Source of the DNA: Candidatus Magasanikbacteria bacterium RIFCSPHIGHO2_02_FULL_48_18
Lineage (GTDB): Bacteria > Patescibacteriota > Patescibacteriia > Magasanikbacterales > UBA922
Reading direction: 5' to 3'
Length of the DNA: 64,000 nt
Assembly (NCBI GenBank): GCA_001784285.1
Contig: MFQC01000011.1
Location: 3,640 to 67,639, forward strand
Shown: piece after piece, positions 47,804 to 57,614 of the stretch
How the letters are laid out: each line of letters begins with the position of its first letter
How positions within the stretch are numbered: the stretch's first letter is position 1
Made by a program: the position numbers and the translations under genes
The notes under the pieces: generated by a model
What the model was told of the DNA's origin: nothing
The model's input: only the letters and a program-made list of their open reading frames with translations
Databases searched by the model: none

Positions 47804-48107
47804 TTTCTTTTTCTCTCTTTTTCTTTTTGTTTTTTGAGGAATCAAGGGACAGGCGCCGGTGCGATAAATCGCCCCGGCGCCCCGCGTTCCCGCCGGCCGA
47901 ACGCGGCCTAGTGGCGGTGAACGTGGACGTGCGTGTGCACGTTGCCCTGCGCGATGCGAATACGCATGGCACTCTCCTTGCAAAAACGCGGGGAATGCTC
48001 CCCGTGGCCGACCCAGCAGACAGAACGTTTAAGAAAACAACGTTCGCCGGGCCATTCAAATATTCTTCACAAAAAAAATTTGAACGGAACGACGAAACCA
48101 TACTGCT

Positions 48108-49238
48108 TTATACATATAGCCGCTGTACTTTCTCCGGAATCCGACTCAGACATTGATACACATTTTGATTTGTCAGGCGGCAAACATCCTCTAATGGAAT
48201 TTCTGCTTCATTTTGTTTCCCAAATATTACAACTTCATCATTGACAGCCACATCGTCTTCCAGGCCGACATCGGCAAAACAATTCGTGGCCGAGATACCA
48301 CCGACGAGTGGATATTTCTTTCCTTTGATCAATACTGATCCACCGTTCACGAGTTTTGGATCCAAACCATATGAATATCCAGGCAGTAAAATGGCAATTC
48401 GTTTTTTTTGTTTTGCAACATATGTTTGCCGATAAAACATTCCTTCGCCAGCCTCTATTTCTTTGATACACGCAACACGCGTTTTATAGGTCACGGTTGG
48501 TTCGAGAATTACTTTTTTTGTCGCTCGAGCTCCTTCCGATGGATAATAACCAAGCAGTGAAATGCCAAGCCGCATCATGTCGAGATTCGCCTCTGGAAAA
48601 AGAAAAACGGATTCGCTTGACCCAATGCTCCAAATCGGAACCAAAATATTTTCCTTACCACATGCCTCTCTCACAGAGAGAAACCGTTGCAATTGTTCTT
48701 GGTCAAATGATATATCTTCACTGAGCGTACTTGAGACCCCTGCCAGAGTAATGCTTGGGTACGCATTTGCCTTTTTGATCCACGCAGCTGCTTCTTGATA
48801 TGGAATTCCCAGACGAACAAGGCCGGTGTCTACCTTTATCCACACCGGCACGCGACGATTCATTTTTTTTGCCTGACGATTGAAATTATCAAAGTCCCCA
48901 GAAGTAAAAAGGCTCGGGGCAATATCATTTTCTATGAGCGCTCCCGCGTCTTCCGACGTATAGATGCCTAAATTGACAATTGTTTTTTGTACGCCTCCTG
49001 CTCGGAGCGAGAGCGCTTCTGCTACTCCCACAACGCCAAAGGCATCAACATTTTCTTCAATCGTTCGCGCGACACCAACACTTCCCAAGCCATATGCGTT
49101 TGCTTTTACAACCGCCATTATTTTGGTGTTGCCAATAAATTGTTTCATTGTTTGAACATTTTTTTTTAACGCCTGTGTGTTGATTTCCATCCAAACCAGC
49201 GGCTTTTTGAGCTGGGTGGTGGTACTCATTATTTTCAT
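48108..49238 (-). CDS. alr: Alanine racemase
   Basis: AVVKANAYGLG PLP-lysine motif. Confidence 0.85.
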   Translation of the reverse strand: MKIMSTTTQLKKPLVWMEINTQALKKNVQTMKQFIGNTKIMAVVKANAYGLGSVGVARTIEENVDAFGVVGVAEALSLRAGGVQKTIVNLGIYTSEDAGALIENDIAPSLFTSGDFDNFNRQAKKMNRRVPVWIKVDTGLVRLGIPYQEAAAWIKKANAYPSITLAGVSSTLSEDISFDQEQLQRFLSVREACGKENILVPIWSIGSSESVFLFPEANLDMMRLGISLLGYYPSEGARATKKVILEPTVTYKTRVACIKEIEAGEGMFYRQTYVAKQKKRIAILLPGYSYGLDPKLVNGGSVLIKGKKYPLVGGISATNCFADVGLEDDVAVNDEVVIFGKQNEAEIPLEDVCRLTNQNVYQCLSRIPEKVQRLYV

Positions 49239-49309
49239 ATGTGAATGCAGTTTAAAAACAAAAAACCCTCACTGCTTTTGAGGAGGGTTCGACCTATGAA
49301 AAAACATCA

Positions 49310-49657
49310 TCACGGCAAACTCTTCTCAAAAACAGAAGAAACATGATGATGTGCATGGACCGTATTTTGGACCAATGCTAACCGGCCGAGAACAAGACGA
49401 TATCCGCCTTTTCCTTTTTGAAGCCATTTCGAAATTCGAGCAATCGTGGTTGAACTCAAGGATGTTTTCTTTTGGATGTCAACATACGGGACACGATTGG
49501 CGAGCATGCGAGCCGCCAGCCAACGGTTACCAAATTCAATAATTTCAGACTCGGTTAAGAGATCACGTAAAAAACGTCGTGCTTCAGAACGATTTTCCAG
49601 CTGTAAAATGGCCTCAATCAAGGCATCCGTATTTTTGTTGTTCCATTGTTTGGTCAT
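49310..49657 (-). CDS. TrpR-like YerC/YecD family protein
   Basis: ...TESEIIEFGNRWLAARML...SLSSTTIARISKWL... HTH pattern. Confidence 0.6.
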   Translation of the reverse strand: MTKQWNNKNTDALIEAILQLENRSEARRFLRDLLTESEIIEFGNRWLAARMLANRVPYVDIQKKTSLSSTTIARISKWLQKGKGGYRLVLGRLALVQNTVHAHHHVSSVFEKSLP

Positions 49658-49804
49658 ACAGAGAATACTTTAGTTAACTAAAGTGTACCAAAGAAAAAAG
49701 ATAGTGTCAAGAGTGAAAATATTCAAGTTATCCACAAAATAAAAATGGATGAAGCGGACTTGAAAATACCTGAAAGATCCCCTACACTACGTGCATACTT
49801 ATTT

Positions 49805-51262
49805 ATGGACACCCCCATTGTTATCCTCGGTGCCGGACCGGCAGGCATGGCTGCCGCCATGACACTCTCTGACGCAGGAAAAAATGCAATCGTTATCGAA
49901 AAAGACACCCAGGTGGGCGGCCTTGCAAAAACACTTCTCTTCCAAGAAGGAGACGACTTGTTTCGGACCGACATCGGTCCGCATCGTTTTTTTTCAAAAA
50001 ATCCATTCCTCTATCAATTTGTGGAAAATATTCTCCATGAGCAATGGGTTGAAGTGCCCCGTCAAACTCGTCAATATATTGACGGAAAATTTTATGCCTA
50101 CCCCATTATTCCCCTCCAAGCGCTCAAAAATATCGGCCCGCTTCGGGCGTGCGGCATGGGTTTTTCCTATTTGAAAGGCGCGGCAGAATTTGGATTATTC
50201 AAAAAACCAATCCGAACGTTTGAAGATTATATTATCCGTCATTTTGGAAAAAAACTTGGCTCGTTCAACATGCTTAATTACACGGAAAAAATTTGGGGCA
50301 TCCCGTGCGCCGCCATCCATCCGGATTGGGCAAAGCAAAGAATTAAAGGGCTGAATGTGAGGAGTGCCCTCAAAAACGCATTCAAAAAAAATAACAAAAA
50401 ACAGCCAAAATCCTTGGTGGATTCTTTTTTTTATCCTCAGTACGGCACCGGCCTTATTTATGAAACGATTCAAAAAAAAATTGAAACGCGAGGCAGTACT
50501 GTCTATACAAAAAGTACGCCGGCACAGATACGCCACAAAAACGGAACGATTACAGAAGTCATTATAGAAACAGACCGTGGCGGATCAATGACGGTCTCCC
50601 CCGCTCATCTCGTGAATTCCATTCCTATCCAGCAGTTCATTTCACTTCTCCATCCGGCGGCTCCGGAAGAGATACAGCATGCGGCAAACCAATTGAAATG
50701 GCGATCACAAGTCTATCTTTTTATCACCTTCAATAAACCATCCATAATGCGCGATAACTGGATTTATTTCCCGGATACCCATATCCCATTCGGACGAATT
50801 TCTGAGATGAAAAACTTTAGCGCCGACATGAGTCCGCAAGATAAAACCTCACTCTTTATAGAATTTTTTGTCACCAAAGGAAACACCCTCTGGAACATGG
50901 AAAACAATGCATTATTTTCTCTCACCATGGATCATTTGGAAAAAATTGGCATCTGTTCGCGAACCGACGTGCGAGCATATTACACGTTTAAAAAAAGTCA
51001 TGTGTACCCGGTGTATGATTTGACATATAAAACACACCTTGAGACGGTAACATCATACCTTGATTCATTGACCAACCTCTACACCATAGGGCGGCCGGGA
51101 CGATTTAAATATACCAACCAGGACCATAGCCTGGAAATGGGTATCGCCGCGGCAAAAAGTATTTTGGAAAACAAAAAATATGATCTGGAACATGCAGGAT
51201 CAGAAGATGACTATTTTGAATCAGGAACTCTTGCGGGGATGCAAGCTCACACACACCAATAA
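49805..51262 (+). CDS. FAD-dependent oxidoreductase (amine-oxidase/UDP-galactopyranose-mutase-like)
   Basis: IVILGAGPAGMAAAMTL...EKDTQVGGL dinucleotide-binding motif. Confidence 0.65.
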   Translation: MDTPIVILGAGPAGMAAAMTLSDAGKNAIVIEKDTQVGGLAKTLLFQEGDDLFRTDIGPHRFFSKNPFLYQFVENILHEQWVEVPRQTRQYIDGKFYAYPIIPLQALKNIGPLRACGMGFSYLKGAAEFGLFKKPIRTFEDYIIRHFGKKLGSFNMLNYTEKIWGIPCAAIHPDWAKQRIKGLNVRSALKNAFKKNNKKQPKSLVDSFFYPQYGTGLIYETIQKKIETRGSTVYTKSTPAQIRHKNGTITEVIIETDRGGSMTVSPAHLVNSIPIQQFISLLHPAAPEEIQHAANQLKWRSQVYLFITFNKPSIMRDNWIYFPDTHIPFGRISEMKNFSADMSPQDKTSLFIEFFVTKGNTLWNMENNALFSLTMDHLEKIGICSRTDVRAYYTFKKSHVYPVYDLTYKTHLETVTSYLDSLTNLYTIGRPGRFKYTNQDHSLEMGIAAAKSILENKKYDLEHAGSEDDYFESGTLAGMQAHTHQ

Positions 51263-52348
51263 TCACGATGCAACGCCAAATCCAACTTCAACGAAAACAC
51301 TGACCATATTGACCATTGCGTACGCGGCGAGAATAAGGAAAGGAGCAGAATACGCATATCGAGGAAAGAATGTCTTGGTCACCCACCGTATCCCAAGGGA
51401 CGCAAACATAATCGCAAAAAGCGCAATCATAAATGTGAGGCGGCTTTCGGACGCGGGCCACAAAAGAAAAGAAAAAGAAGGAAGAATAAAAGCGGCCGCC
51501 ACAGGATACAGATGCCGGTATTGTTTTGTTTTTTGAAAAATCCACAGACCAACACCGCCAAACACCCAACCAACGAGATGAAGCGCCTGGAAAAGACCGT
51601 AGAGATGAAGCAACAAAAGAGAGCCGATTCCACTTTGGTCAACATAGGTTGTTTTATTATACAGGAACCAATCAAGATAGGTATACGAAAAGTTGACATG
51701 CATAAAAATCTGAAAAAGGACGATTGGAATCAAAAAAACAACAGCGGCAAGAAAAAATATCCCTGTCTTTTTCTTCAATGAACGTTGATGAGAGAGCAGA
51801 ATAAGACCGCACAAAAAAAGAATCCCCATTCCTCCGTTTTCTTTCATCAACACTCCCGCGCTTGAAACAAATGCGGCAACAACCGCGAATAATACGTTAT
51901 CCTTTTCTCGATAGAGAAGCGCCAAAAAAACAGAAAAAAGATAAAAAAACCAAGCGCCCATATCGGTGAGATACCCCAATCCAAATTTAAGAACGGGCAT
52001 TGCGGAAAAAAACAACACCGACGCATAGAGCGCCTGTTTTTGATCATGGAACAGCCGGTTAATAATCAAAAATACCAAACCGACACTGAAAAAATAGAAA
52101 AAAATATTTTGAATAAGAAGCCCTGCCCCGAGCCCAATAAACTCAAACGGCACGGCAAGAAGCGGCCCGAGCGGCCGCAGGAGCCGATGGAGATGAACCG
52201 GCGCGTCCGGATCCCCAAGAAAAAAACGGATGGTGTCCACATATTGCTGACTGTCCAAAAAAACCAAAAATCCAAAAAAAATAAGAACGGACCCCAAATT
52301 GAGTGTGGCAAGCGTCAGTGTGAACAACAGGTACCGAAAGCGTTTCAT
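51263..52348 (-). CDS. Polytopic membrane protein (possible glycan polymerase/ligase-like)
   Basis: Ten or more hydrophobic helices. Confidence 0.5.
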   Translation of the reverse strand: MKRFRYLLFTLTLATLNLGSVLIFFGFLVFLDSQQYVDTIRFFLGDPDAPVHLHRLLRPLGPLLAVPFEFIGLGAGLLIQNIFFYFFSVGLVFLIINRLFHDQKQALYASVLFFSAMPVLKFGLGYLTDMGAWFFYLFSVFLALLYREKDNVLFAVVAAFVSSAGVLMKENGGMGILFLCGLILLSHQRSLKKKTGIFFLAAVVFLIPIVLFQIFMHVNFSYTYLDWFLYNKTTYVDQSGIGSLLLLHLYGLFQALHLVGWVFGGVGLWIFQKTKQYRHLYPVAAAFILPSFSFLLWPASESRLTFMIALFAIMFASLGIRWVTKTFFPRYAYSAPFLILAAYAMVNMVSVFVEVGFGVAS

Positions 52349-52350
52349 AG

Positions 52351-53070
52351 CTATGTCCTGTGTTTTTTTCGCCAGTCTGCAATGCGTTTATGGTCGCCGC
52401 TCAATAAAACAGAAGGAACCTCCCAGCCACGAAATGTGTCCGGCTTGGTGTACTGCGGATATTCTTTTTCCTCCTCTGTATGGTCCCTCTTTTGCGATAA
52501 AGAAAATGTTTCTTCTTTGAGTGACTCCTCGTTGCCCAAAACTCCAGGAATAAGGCGGCTCACGGCTTCGATAATGACGAGTGCGCCAAGCTCTCCTCCG
52601 GCCAAGACATATGGACCAATAGAAATTTCTTCGTCTACCATGTGGTCGGCAACGCGCTGATCCATGCCTTCGTACCGGCCGCAGATCAACACCAGTTCAT
52701 TGAGCTTGGACCACTCACGCGCCACCTGTTGGTCAAATTGACGTCCGCGAGGCGATAAGAGAATCGTTCGTTTTTTTTGCTTGATATTTCCGAAAAAAAT
52801 TTTCTTCACTTTGGACAAACCGTCCGCCTTATGAAATGGAATGCCGTCAATACTCCTCAGCGCCTCGTACACCGGCTCCGGCTTCATCACCATACCCGGG
52901 CCACCCCCATACGGGGTGTCGTCCACGGTTTTGTGTTTGTCATGCGTAAAATCACGGATGTTGATGGAACGAATCTGTATAACCCCTGCTTTTTGACCGC
53001 GCAAAAGAATGGACTCCTGACAATAGGAGTCAATAATGTGGGGAAAAAGTGTGAGAACGGAAAAACGCAT
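52351..53070 (-). CDS. trmD: tRNA (guanine37-N1)-methyltransferase
   Basis: MRFSVLTLFP...DDTPYGGGPGMVMKPEP... Confidence 0.85.
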   Translation of the reverse strand: MRFSVLTLFPHIIDSYCQESILLRGQKAGVIQIRSINIRDFTHDKHKTVDDTPYGGGPGMVMKPEPVYEALRSIDGIPFHKADGLSKVKKIFFGNIKQKKRTILLSPRGRQFDQQVAREWSKLNELVLICGRYEGMDQRVADHMVDEEISIGPYVLAGGELGALVIIEAVSRLIPGVLGNEESLKEETFSLSQKRDHTEEEKEYPQYTKPDTFRGWEVPSVLLSGDHKRIADWRKKHRT

Positions 53071-53077
53071 AGGAACA

Positions 53078-54358
53078 TCATCTTTTGGTATATTTTTGAA
53101 CCAAGAAAAAAATACCACCTATGAAGACCAACCCGAGAGCGATAATCGCTACAATGACCATGGCACTCAACCCAACATGAAATGTTGTTGCGTTGCCGGC
53201 AACAACGACATCATTGAGCGCAATGGTCGCATAGACTGTATATGTGCCTCGTTCTGCCTTTTTGGGGATATCAATGTTGTATGATTTTTCCCATTGGGGG
53301 CCGACCAATACCACATTCTCTTCAAATTCCGTGAGAAGCCCATGAGACGGATCTTCCACATGGTACGCCAGGTGGAGCAACGTTTGCGATTGTTCTTCGA
53401 GCGTGCTTGCGTCATCAGACAGCCGCACGATAAAAGGAAGGCTTGAACCGCCCCGAACACGATCCTCTGAAGCCAGAACATCAATCTGAAACAATGTCTC
53501 GCGGACATCGTTATTCACTACCTCAATATCAAAAAGATCGATATCTTGGAGGGTAGGATATTGAGGATGCGTCGCCGACATGAGCACGTGATATACGCCG
53601 GGCAATAGAATGTCCGGAAGTTCCCACTCCCATGTGCCCTCGCCGCCTGCGCGCACATTTGCGCTGAGAAGCCCGCTGTCAACAGAAAAACGAATGGTTG
53701 CCCCCGGAATATTGGTCGTCCCGCGAAGAATAGGGGGATCACCCCGAAAAAGCGAGGATGTGCTTATGTCATTCCGTATAAAAAGAACCCTGTCGCCAAC
53801 AATCAATTCGGAAACGGAATCTTTCGCAATAATCGGTGCGTCCGAATCCTTGGATTTTTGCTCCTCTGTACGAATGGTATAGTAAGAATCATCCGTAAAA
53901 AAAGGCATGTGCTGGCCGCCGACCGATAGCGCGGTGAGCGATTTTTGGAAAGAAAAAACCGCGCCTCCTTTTTGTTTCGGCAACAATGTTATGGTCGCAA
54001 ACGCCATGGATTCACGAACGGGCTCTCCTACTGTAGCCGTCAGGCTGAATGTGCCGTCTTCATTGTTGACCTCGTAGTTCGAATCAACGTCGTTTATAGA
54101 TTCATGAAATACAACCAACGATATTTCCAAAAAATCTTCCAGAAAAAATGCATGAACCGTAAGAGTGTCAACGGGGACATCTCCCGGCTTGACCCATAGA
54201 GAAATAGAAAATGGGTGGCCGACAATGGCAGTATCCCGTACTGGAGAAAAATAGAGCAATGCTGAACCAGACCCTGCAAAAACAGACGGGATAGCATAAA
54301 AAAAATGTATACTGGCAAAAACGAAAAAAAGCAATAAAGAAAATCGCTGGCGCGTCAT
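53078..54358 (-). CDS. Secreted protein with C-terminal membrane anchor
   Basis: Signal peptide, C-terminal TM MVIVAIIALGLVFIGGIFFLV. Confidence 0.55.
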   Translation of the reverse strand: MTRQRFSLLLFFVFASIHFFYAIPSVFAGSGSALLYFSPVRDTAIVGHPFSISLWVKPGDVPVDTLTVHAFFLEDFLEISLVVFHESINDVDSNYEVNNEDGTFSLTATVGEPVRESMAFATITLLPKQKGGAVFSFQKSLTALSVGGQHMPFFTDDSYYTIRTEEQKSKDSDAPIIAKDSVSELIVGDRVLFIRNDISTSSLFRGDPPILRGTTNIPGATIRFSVDSGLLSANVRAGGEGTWEWELPDILLPGVYHVLMSATHPQYPTLQDIDLFDIEVVNNDVRETLFQIDVLASEDRVRGGSSLPFIVRLSDDASTLEEQSQTLLHLAYHVEDPSHGLLTEFEENVVLVGPQWEKSYNIDIPKKAERGTYTVYATIALNDVVVAGNATTFHVGLSAMVIVAIIALGLVFIGGIFFLVQKYTKR

Positions 54359-54456
54359 AAAAAATTTGAAGAGAAAAGAATGTTTTTGTTGACAAAGTAT
54401 ACCACAGAAAAAAAGAAGACTCCATTGCGGAATCTTCTTTTGACTATGATGGTGTA

Positions 54457-55512
54457 TTATTCAATATCTGGTCCGTCTTCGTATACTTCGGAATCAAGAA
54501 CAGTGACAACACGATCGAAACGATACCCGAGCTCTTTGAAGGCTTCTTCCGTGGTAATCCAGCTCTTTTTTCCTTCAAGGAGTTTGTACACTTTTGGAGA
54601 ATTTTTGTATTTGATCAAGGTGTTATCCGGGTGTTTGCTGGTGTCGGTGATTTCTCCCGCGGTTTCATATTTGTCCAATAGCGCCTTGTCAATATCTTCA
54701 ATCCAATCCCATTGATATTTGAGCGAAGTAAAGACCGTTTCATCCGTAATCCAATATTTTTTGTTTCCGAGAAGCAGATACACTTTTGGATCTTTCACGA
54801 TTTTTACCAATGCGCCATATTTTGGATCAAACTTTGGACCAAATGGCATAAAGTCCAATGGATCGTTCTTGAGGCTTCCCAATTTTGTGGTCACCTTGAC
54901 CTCATTCCAAGAGTTGAAATATGTATAGAAAACTGTTGGGTTCTTGAATGGCACTTTGGTACAATCATCGGTCACATAAAAGACTCCATATGAGCTTGAT
55001 GTTTTGTATGCTGATCCTGGCGTAAGGGCACATCCGTCTGTCGCTTCATCTTCAACAGAATCTTTAGATGTTTCCGGCTCTGCTTTTGCTTCCTCTTGGG
55101 GGCTTTCCAAAGAAACCAATATAATTTTCCCACTCACGACTTCTGTGGTTTTCCCTGTTCCAGAGCTTCGAAATTTCACATATACTGTTTTACTGCCTGC
55201 CCCTGGCTGAAGAACCCAAGAAGCGGTTTCTGCATACTTCTCCCATGAGCTGTCCTTAAAATCCGAATAGTTGGAGATGGCCATTTGGTCACCACTCGTT
55301 TTTGGGAGTTTTAGGGTGACATCGGTCGTGGCAGTAGTTGCCGCGCCATTGTTGATAACAACTTTTACCTCAGCCTCCTTTGAACCCTCTGAAGGACTAA
55401 CAGTGGGGGCTGGAGCAGATGAAGACCCGCCTCCACCGTACTGGGCAAGGGCTACACCGGGAACCACCATTGCCAAAAGCACGAAGAAGGAGACAAACGA
55501 ACGCTTTTGCAT
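54457..55512 (-). CDS. Secreted protein with two C-terminal approximately 35-aa repeats
   Basis: Signal peptide MQKRSFVSFFVLLAMVVPGVALA. Repeats KVYLLLGNKKYWITDETVF / KVYKLLEGKKSWITTEEAF. Confidence 0.6.
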   Translation of the reverse strand: MQKRSFVSFFVLLAMVVPGVALAQYGGGGSSSAPAPTVSPSEGSKEAEVKVVINNGAATTATTDVTLKLPKTSGDQMAISNYSDFKDSSWEKYAETASWVLQPGAGSKTVYVKFRSSGTGKTTEVVSGKIILVSLESPQEEAKAEPETSKDSVEDEATDGCALTPGSAYKTSSSYGVFYVTDDCTKVPFKNPTVFYTYFNSWNEVKVTTKLGSLKNDPLDFMPFGPKFDPKYGALVKIVKDPKVYLLLGNKKYWITDETVFTSLKYQWDWIEDIDKALLDKYETAGEITDTSKHPDNTLIKYKNSPKVYKLLEGKKSWITTEEAFKELGYRFDRVVTVLDSEVYEDGPDIE

Positions 55513-55647
55513 ACAAACGGATGAATTAAAAAAATAATTTAAGATAAAAAATAAAAAGAAAGAGTTGATAGTGCATTACACGCACAATTGTGCTAAAATG
55601 AGAGTAAAATGTGGTAACATTTTTATCTATCATTTTTGCACAATTGT

Positions 55648-56064
55648 ATGCGCAACAAGAACTATCCACAGGAGGTCGTTATTCGTAAATTGCCGGTCAA
55701 GGTGGGATTGAAGGACTTCAAGACCTACATTGATCCATATCTCTCGCGAAGCCGCAGCGGGCCGAAACAAAAGATTTCTCGCTGCAAGATTTTTAACTAC
55801 ATTCTGTACGTCCTCCACACCGGCATCCAATGGAACCAACTCAGAACGTATCACAATGAAATTCATTGGACCAACGTATACAAGTGGCACAATCGGTGGA
55901 GCCGAAATGGCAGTTACCAGAATCTGTTCGAAACCTCGGTGAAAATATTGTGTGAAAGGAGCACGCTCGATCTTTCCATTCTGCATGGTGATGCCAGTAA
56001 TACCGTGGCCAAAAAAGGGGCTACGGAATCGGGTACTCCGGGCACAAACATCAGAAAGGATTAA
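55648..56064 (+). CDS. IS5-family transposase orfA (N-terminal DNA-binding part)
   Basis: See mobile element. Confidence 0.6.
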   Translation: MRNKNYPQEVVIRKLPVKVGLKDFKTYIDPYLSRSRSGPKQKISRCKIFNYILYVLHTGIQWNQLRTYHNEIHWTNVYKWHNRWSRNGSYQNLFETSVKILCERSTLDLSILHGDASNTVAKKGATESGTPGTNIRKD

Positions 56065-56525
56065 AAGAGCTGACCATAGCGGATAATCACGGATTCGTGA
56101 TTGCCCCACTTATCGTCAGACCTGTTAATGAACATGATACCATATTACTGCGAGAGGGGGTGGACGGACTCGCTGATTTCGCGTCGCTCATTGGGCTTGA
56201 TTTGCAAGACTCGTATATGACACTTGGTTCCGGATTTGATTCAGTATACAACAAGTGGTTGATCCGCTCTCATGACATGATTCCGGTCATCAAACCGAAT
56301 CGACGAGGAACCAAAGACGAGCAGAAGCTCGAACAGATGTACGCGGATTTTAATGAACCAATCTACCAACAACGCTTCAAAATTGAACGCACCTTTGCTT
56401 GGCAAGACACCTATCGCAAATTGGTTATACGGTACGAGAAGCTTGAGGCGACCCATACCGGGTTCAAATACCTGGCGTACAGTATGATCAATCTGCGAGC
56501 GGTGTTTGGGGGAAACTCGCTATGA
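56001..56525 (+). CDS. IS5-family transposase orfB (DDE domain), expressed by -1 frameshift from orfA
   Basis: Frame open from 56001. Annotated GTG at 56097. Confidence 0.55.
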   Translation, partial: YRGQKRGYGIGYSGHKHQKGLKELTIADNHGFVIAPLIVRPVNEHDTILLREGVDGLADFASLIGLDLQDSYMTLGSGFDSVYNKWLIRSHDMIPVIKPNRRGTKDEQKLEQMYADFNEPIYQQRFKIERTFAWQDTYRKLVIRYEKLEATHTGFKYLAYSMINLRAVFGGNSL

Positions 56526-56601
56526 GTTCAAATATTAAACAGAGTATAGCACTTTTTTTTCATTATGACAATAGGGCAATTCGTGCTGTGGATAACTGCC
56601 C

Positions 56602-57573
56602 TTACGATTCCTTTCTTTCCCCAATAATAATGCGGATATCGTGAGGAATATTGGCATTTTGTTCTATAATTACAAAAAAAATACTATCCAATTCTGCCTT
56701 TATTTTTTGCGCTTTTTCTGTACTATCGCGATATTGCACGACCGTCTCCACGTACTCTTTACTCGGTTCATTGCCAATCGAGAGAACTCCATACCCTTTT
56801 TTGCTGAGGTCATTCTTGAGAGCTGACGCCGCTCCAGCGACCTGCGTCCCATTTAAAATATCCATGGTAATATCTTGCGGCAAAATCTCCTCTGCATCCA
56901 TATCCTCCGACGACGGAGAAGATATTGTAGACGACGGATATTCTTTGGTCGAGAGAGAGACCAGCGCAACGGCTTCCATGAGTTGTTCTTTCAAAGCAGT
57001 CAATTCAGGGTCTTCGCCGGTCATATCAAATCCGGCCAAGCGATCAATCATTCCTTGTTGGATTCTGATCTTTGCGCTCATCATATGAAATAACATATAA
57101 AACCCAACAATCGTAAAGAGAATGCTTAAAAGAGCAATAAGAACGGGAGGAGAAAACAAAGGGTGGCCTGGGCGTGCGAAATTCTCCTCTGACGTTTTCT
57201 CCCGCGCGGCGCGCATGCCATAACGAATGCACATCACAGCAAGGCCTATTCCCACAACGCCATATGCATAGCGAATCATGGCATTCCCCCAATAGGGATC
57301 TCGAATCAGCAAAAAGAAAAGCGCGCCGGCAAGGAAAAAAAAACCAACATGAAGAAATATTTTTCCGCTCCATCGAAAAAAAAGCGCGGCTATCCCAAGA
57401 ACGACCACCGCCGACGTGAGCGGATCATCAAACAAAAAATATATGAGAAGGAAAAGCAAAAAACTGATGAGCGTTTTTAGAGTATCTTCTTTGAGGTCGG
57501 CATGAACGCGGCTGACCACGGAAAGATAGACACCCCATATTTTTTTCCAATACACAAAAAGAGATGTTTTCAT
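56602..57573 (-). CDS. Membrane protein with LytR_C-like C-terminal domain
   Basis: N-terminal TMs. C-terminal ...ILNGTQVAGAASALKNDLSKKGYGV... Confidence 0.5.
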   Translation of the reverse strand: MKTSLFVYWKKIWGVYLSVVSRVHADLKEDTLKTLISFLLFLLIYFLFDDPLTSAVVVLGIAALFFRWSGKIFLHVGFFFLAGALFFLLIRDPYWGNAMIRYAYGVVGIGLAVMCIRYGMRAAREKTSEENFARPGHPLFSPPVLIALLSILFTIVGFYMLFHMMSAKIRIQQGMIDRLAGFDMTGEDPELTALKEQLMEAVALVSLSTKEYPSSTISSPSSEDMDAEEILPQDITMDILNGTQVAGAASALKNDLSKKGYGVLSIGNEPSKEYVETVVQYRDSTEKAQKIKAELDSIFFVIIEQNANIPHDIRIIIGERKES

Positions 57574-57614
57574 GGCAAACCAGAAAAAAAGAAAACAATA
57601 CCAATGAACGCACG

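Larger units (their letters stand above)
55579..56590 (+). mobile_element. IS5-family insertion sequence (IS427/IS1031-like), two overlapping ORFs joined by an A6G -1 frameshift site; ends approximate
   Basis: orfA DUF4096-like (KIFNYILYVLHTGIQWNQL). orfB DDE (KIERTFAWQD...RKLVIRYEK). AAAAAAG at 56011-56017 with frame 0 open from about 56001 into orfB. Imperfect terminal repeats near 55579-55593 and 56574-56590. Confidence 0.65.
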
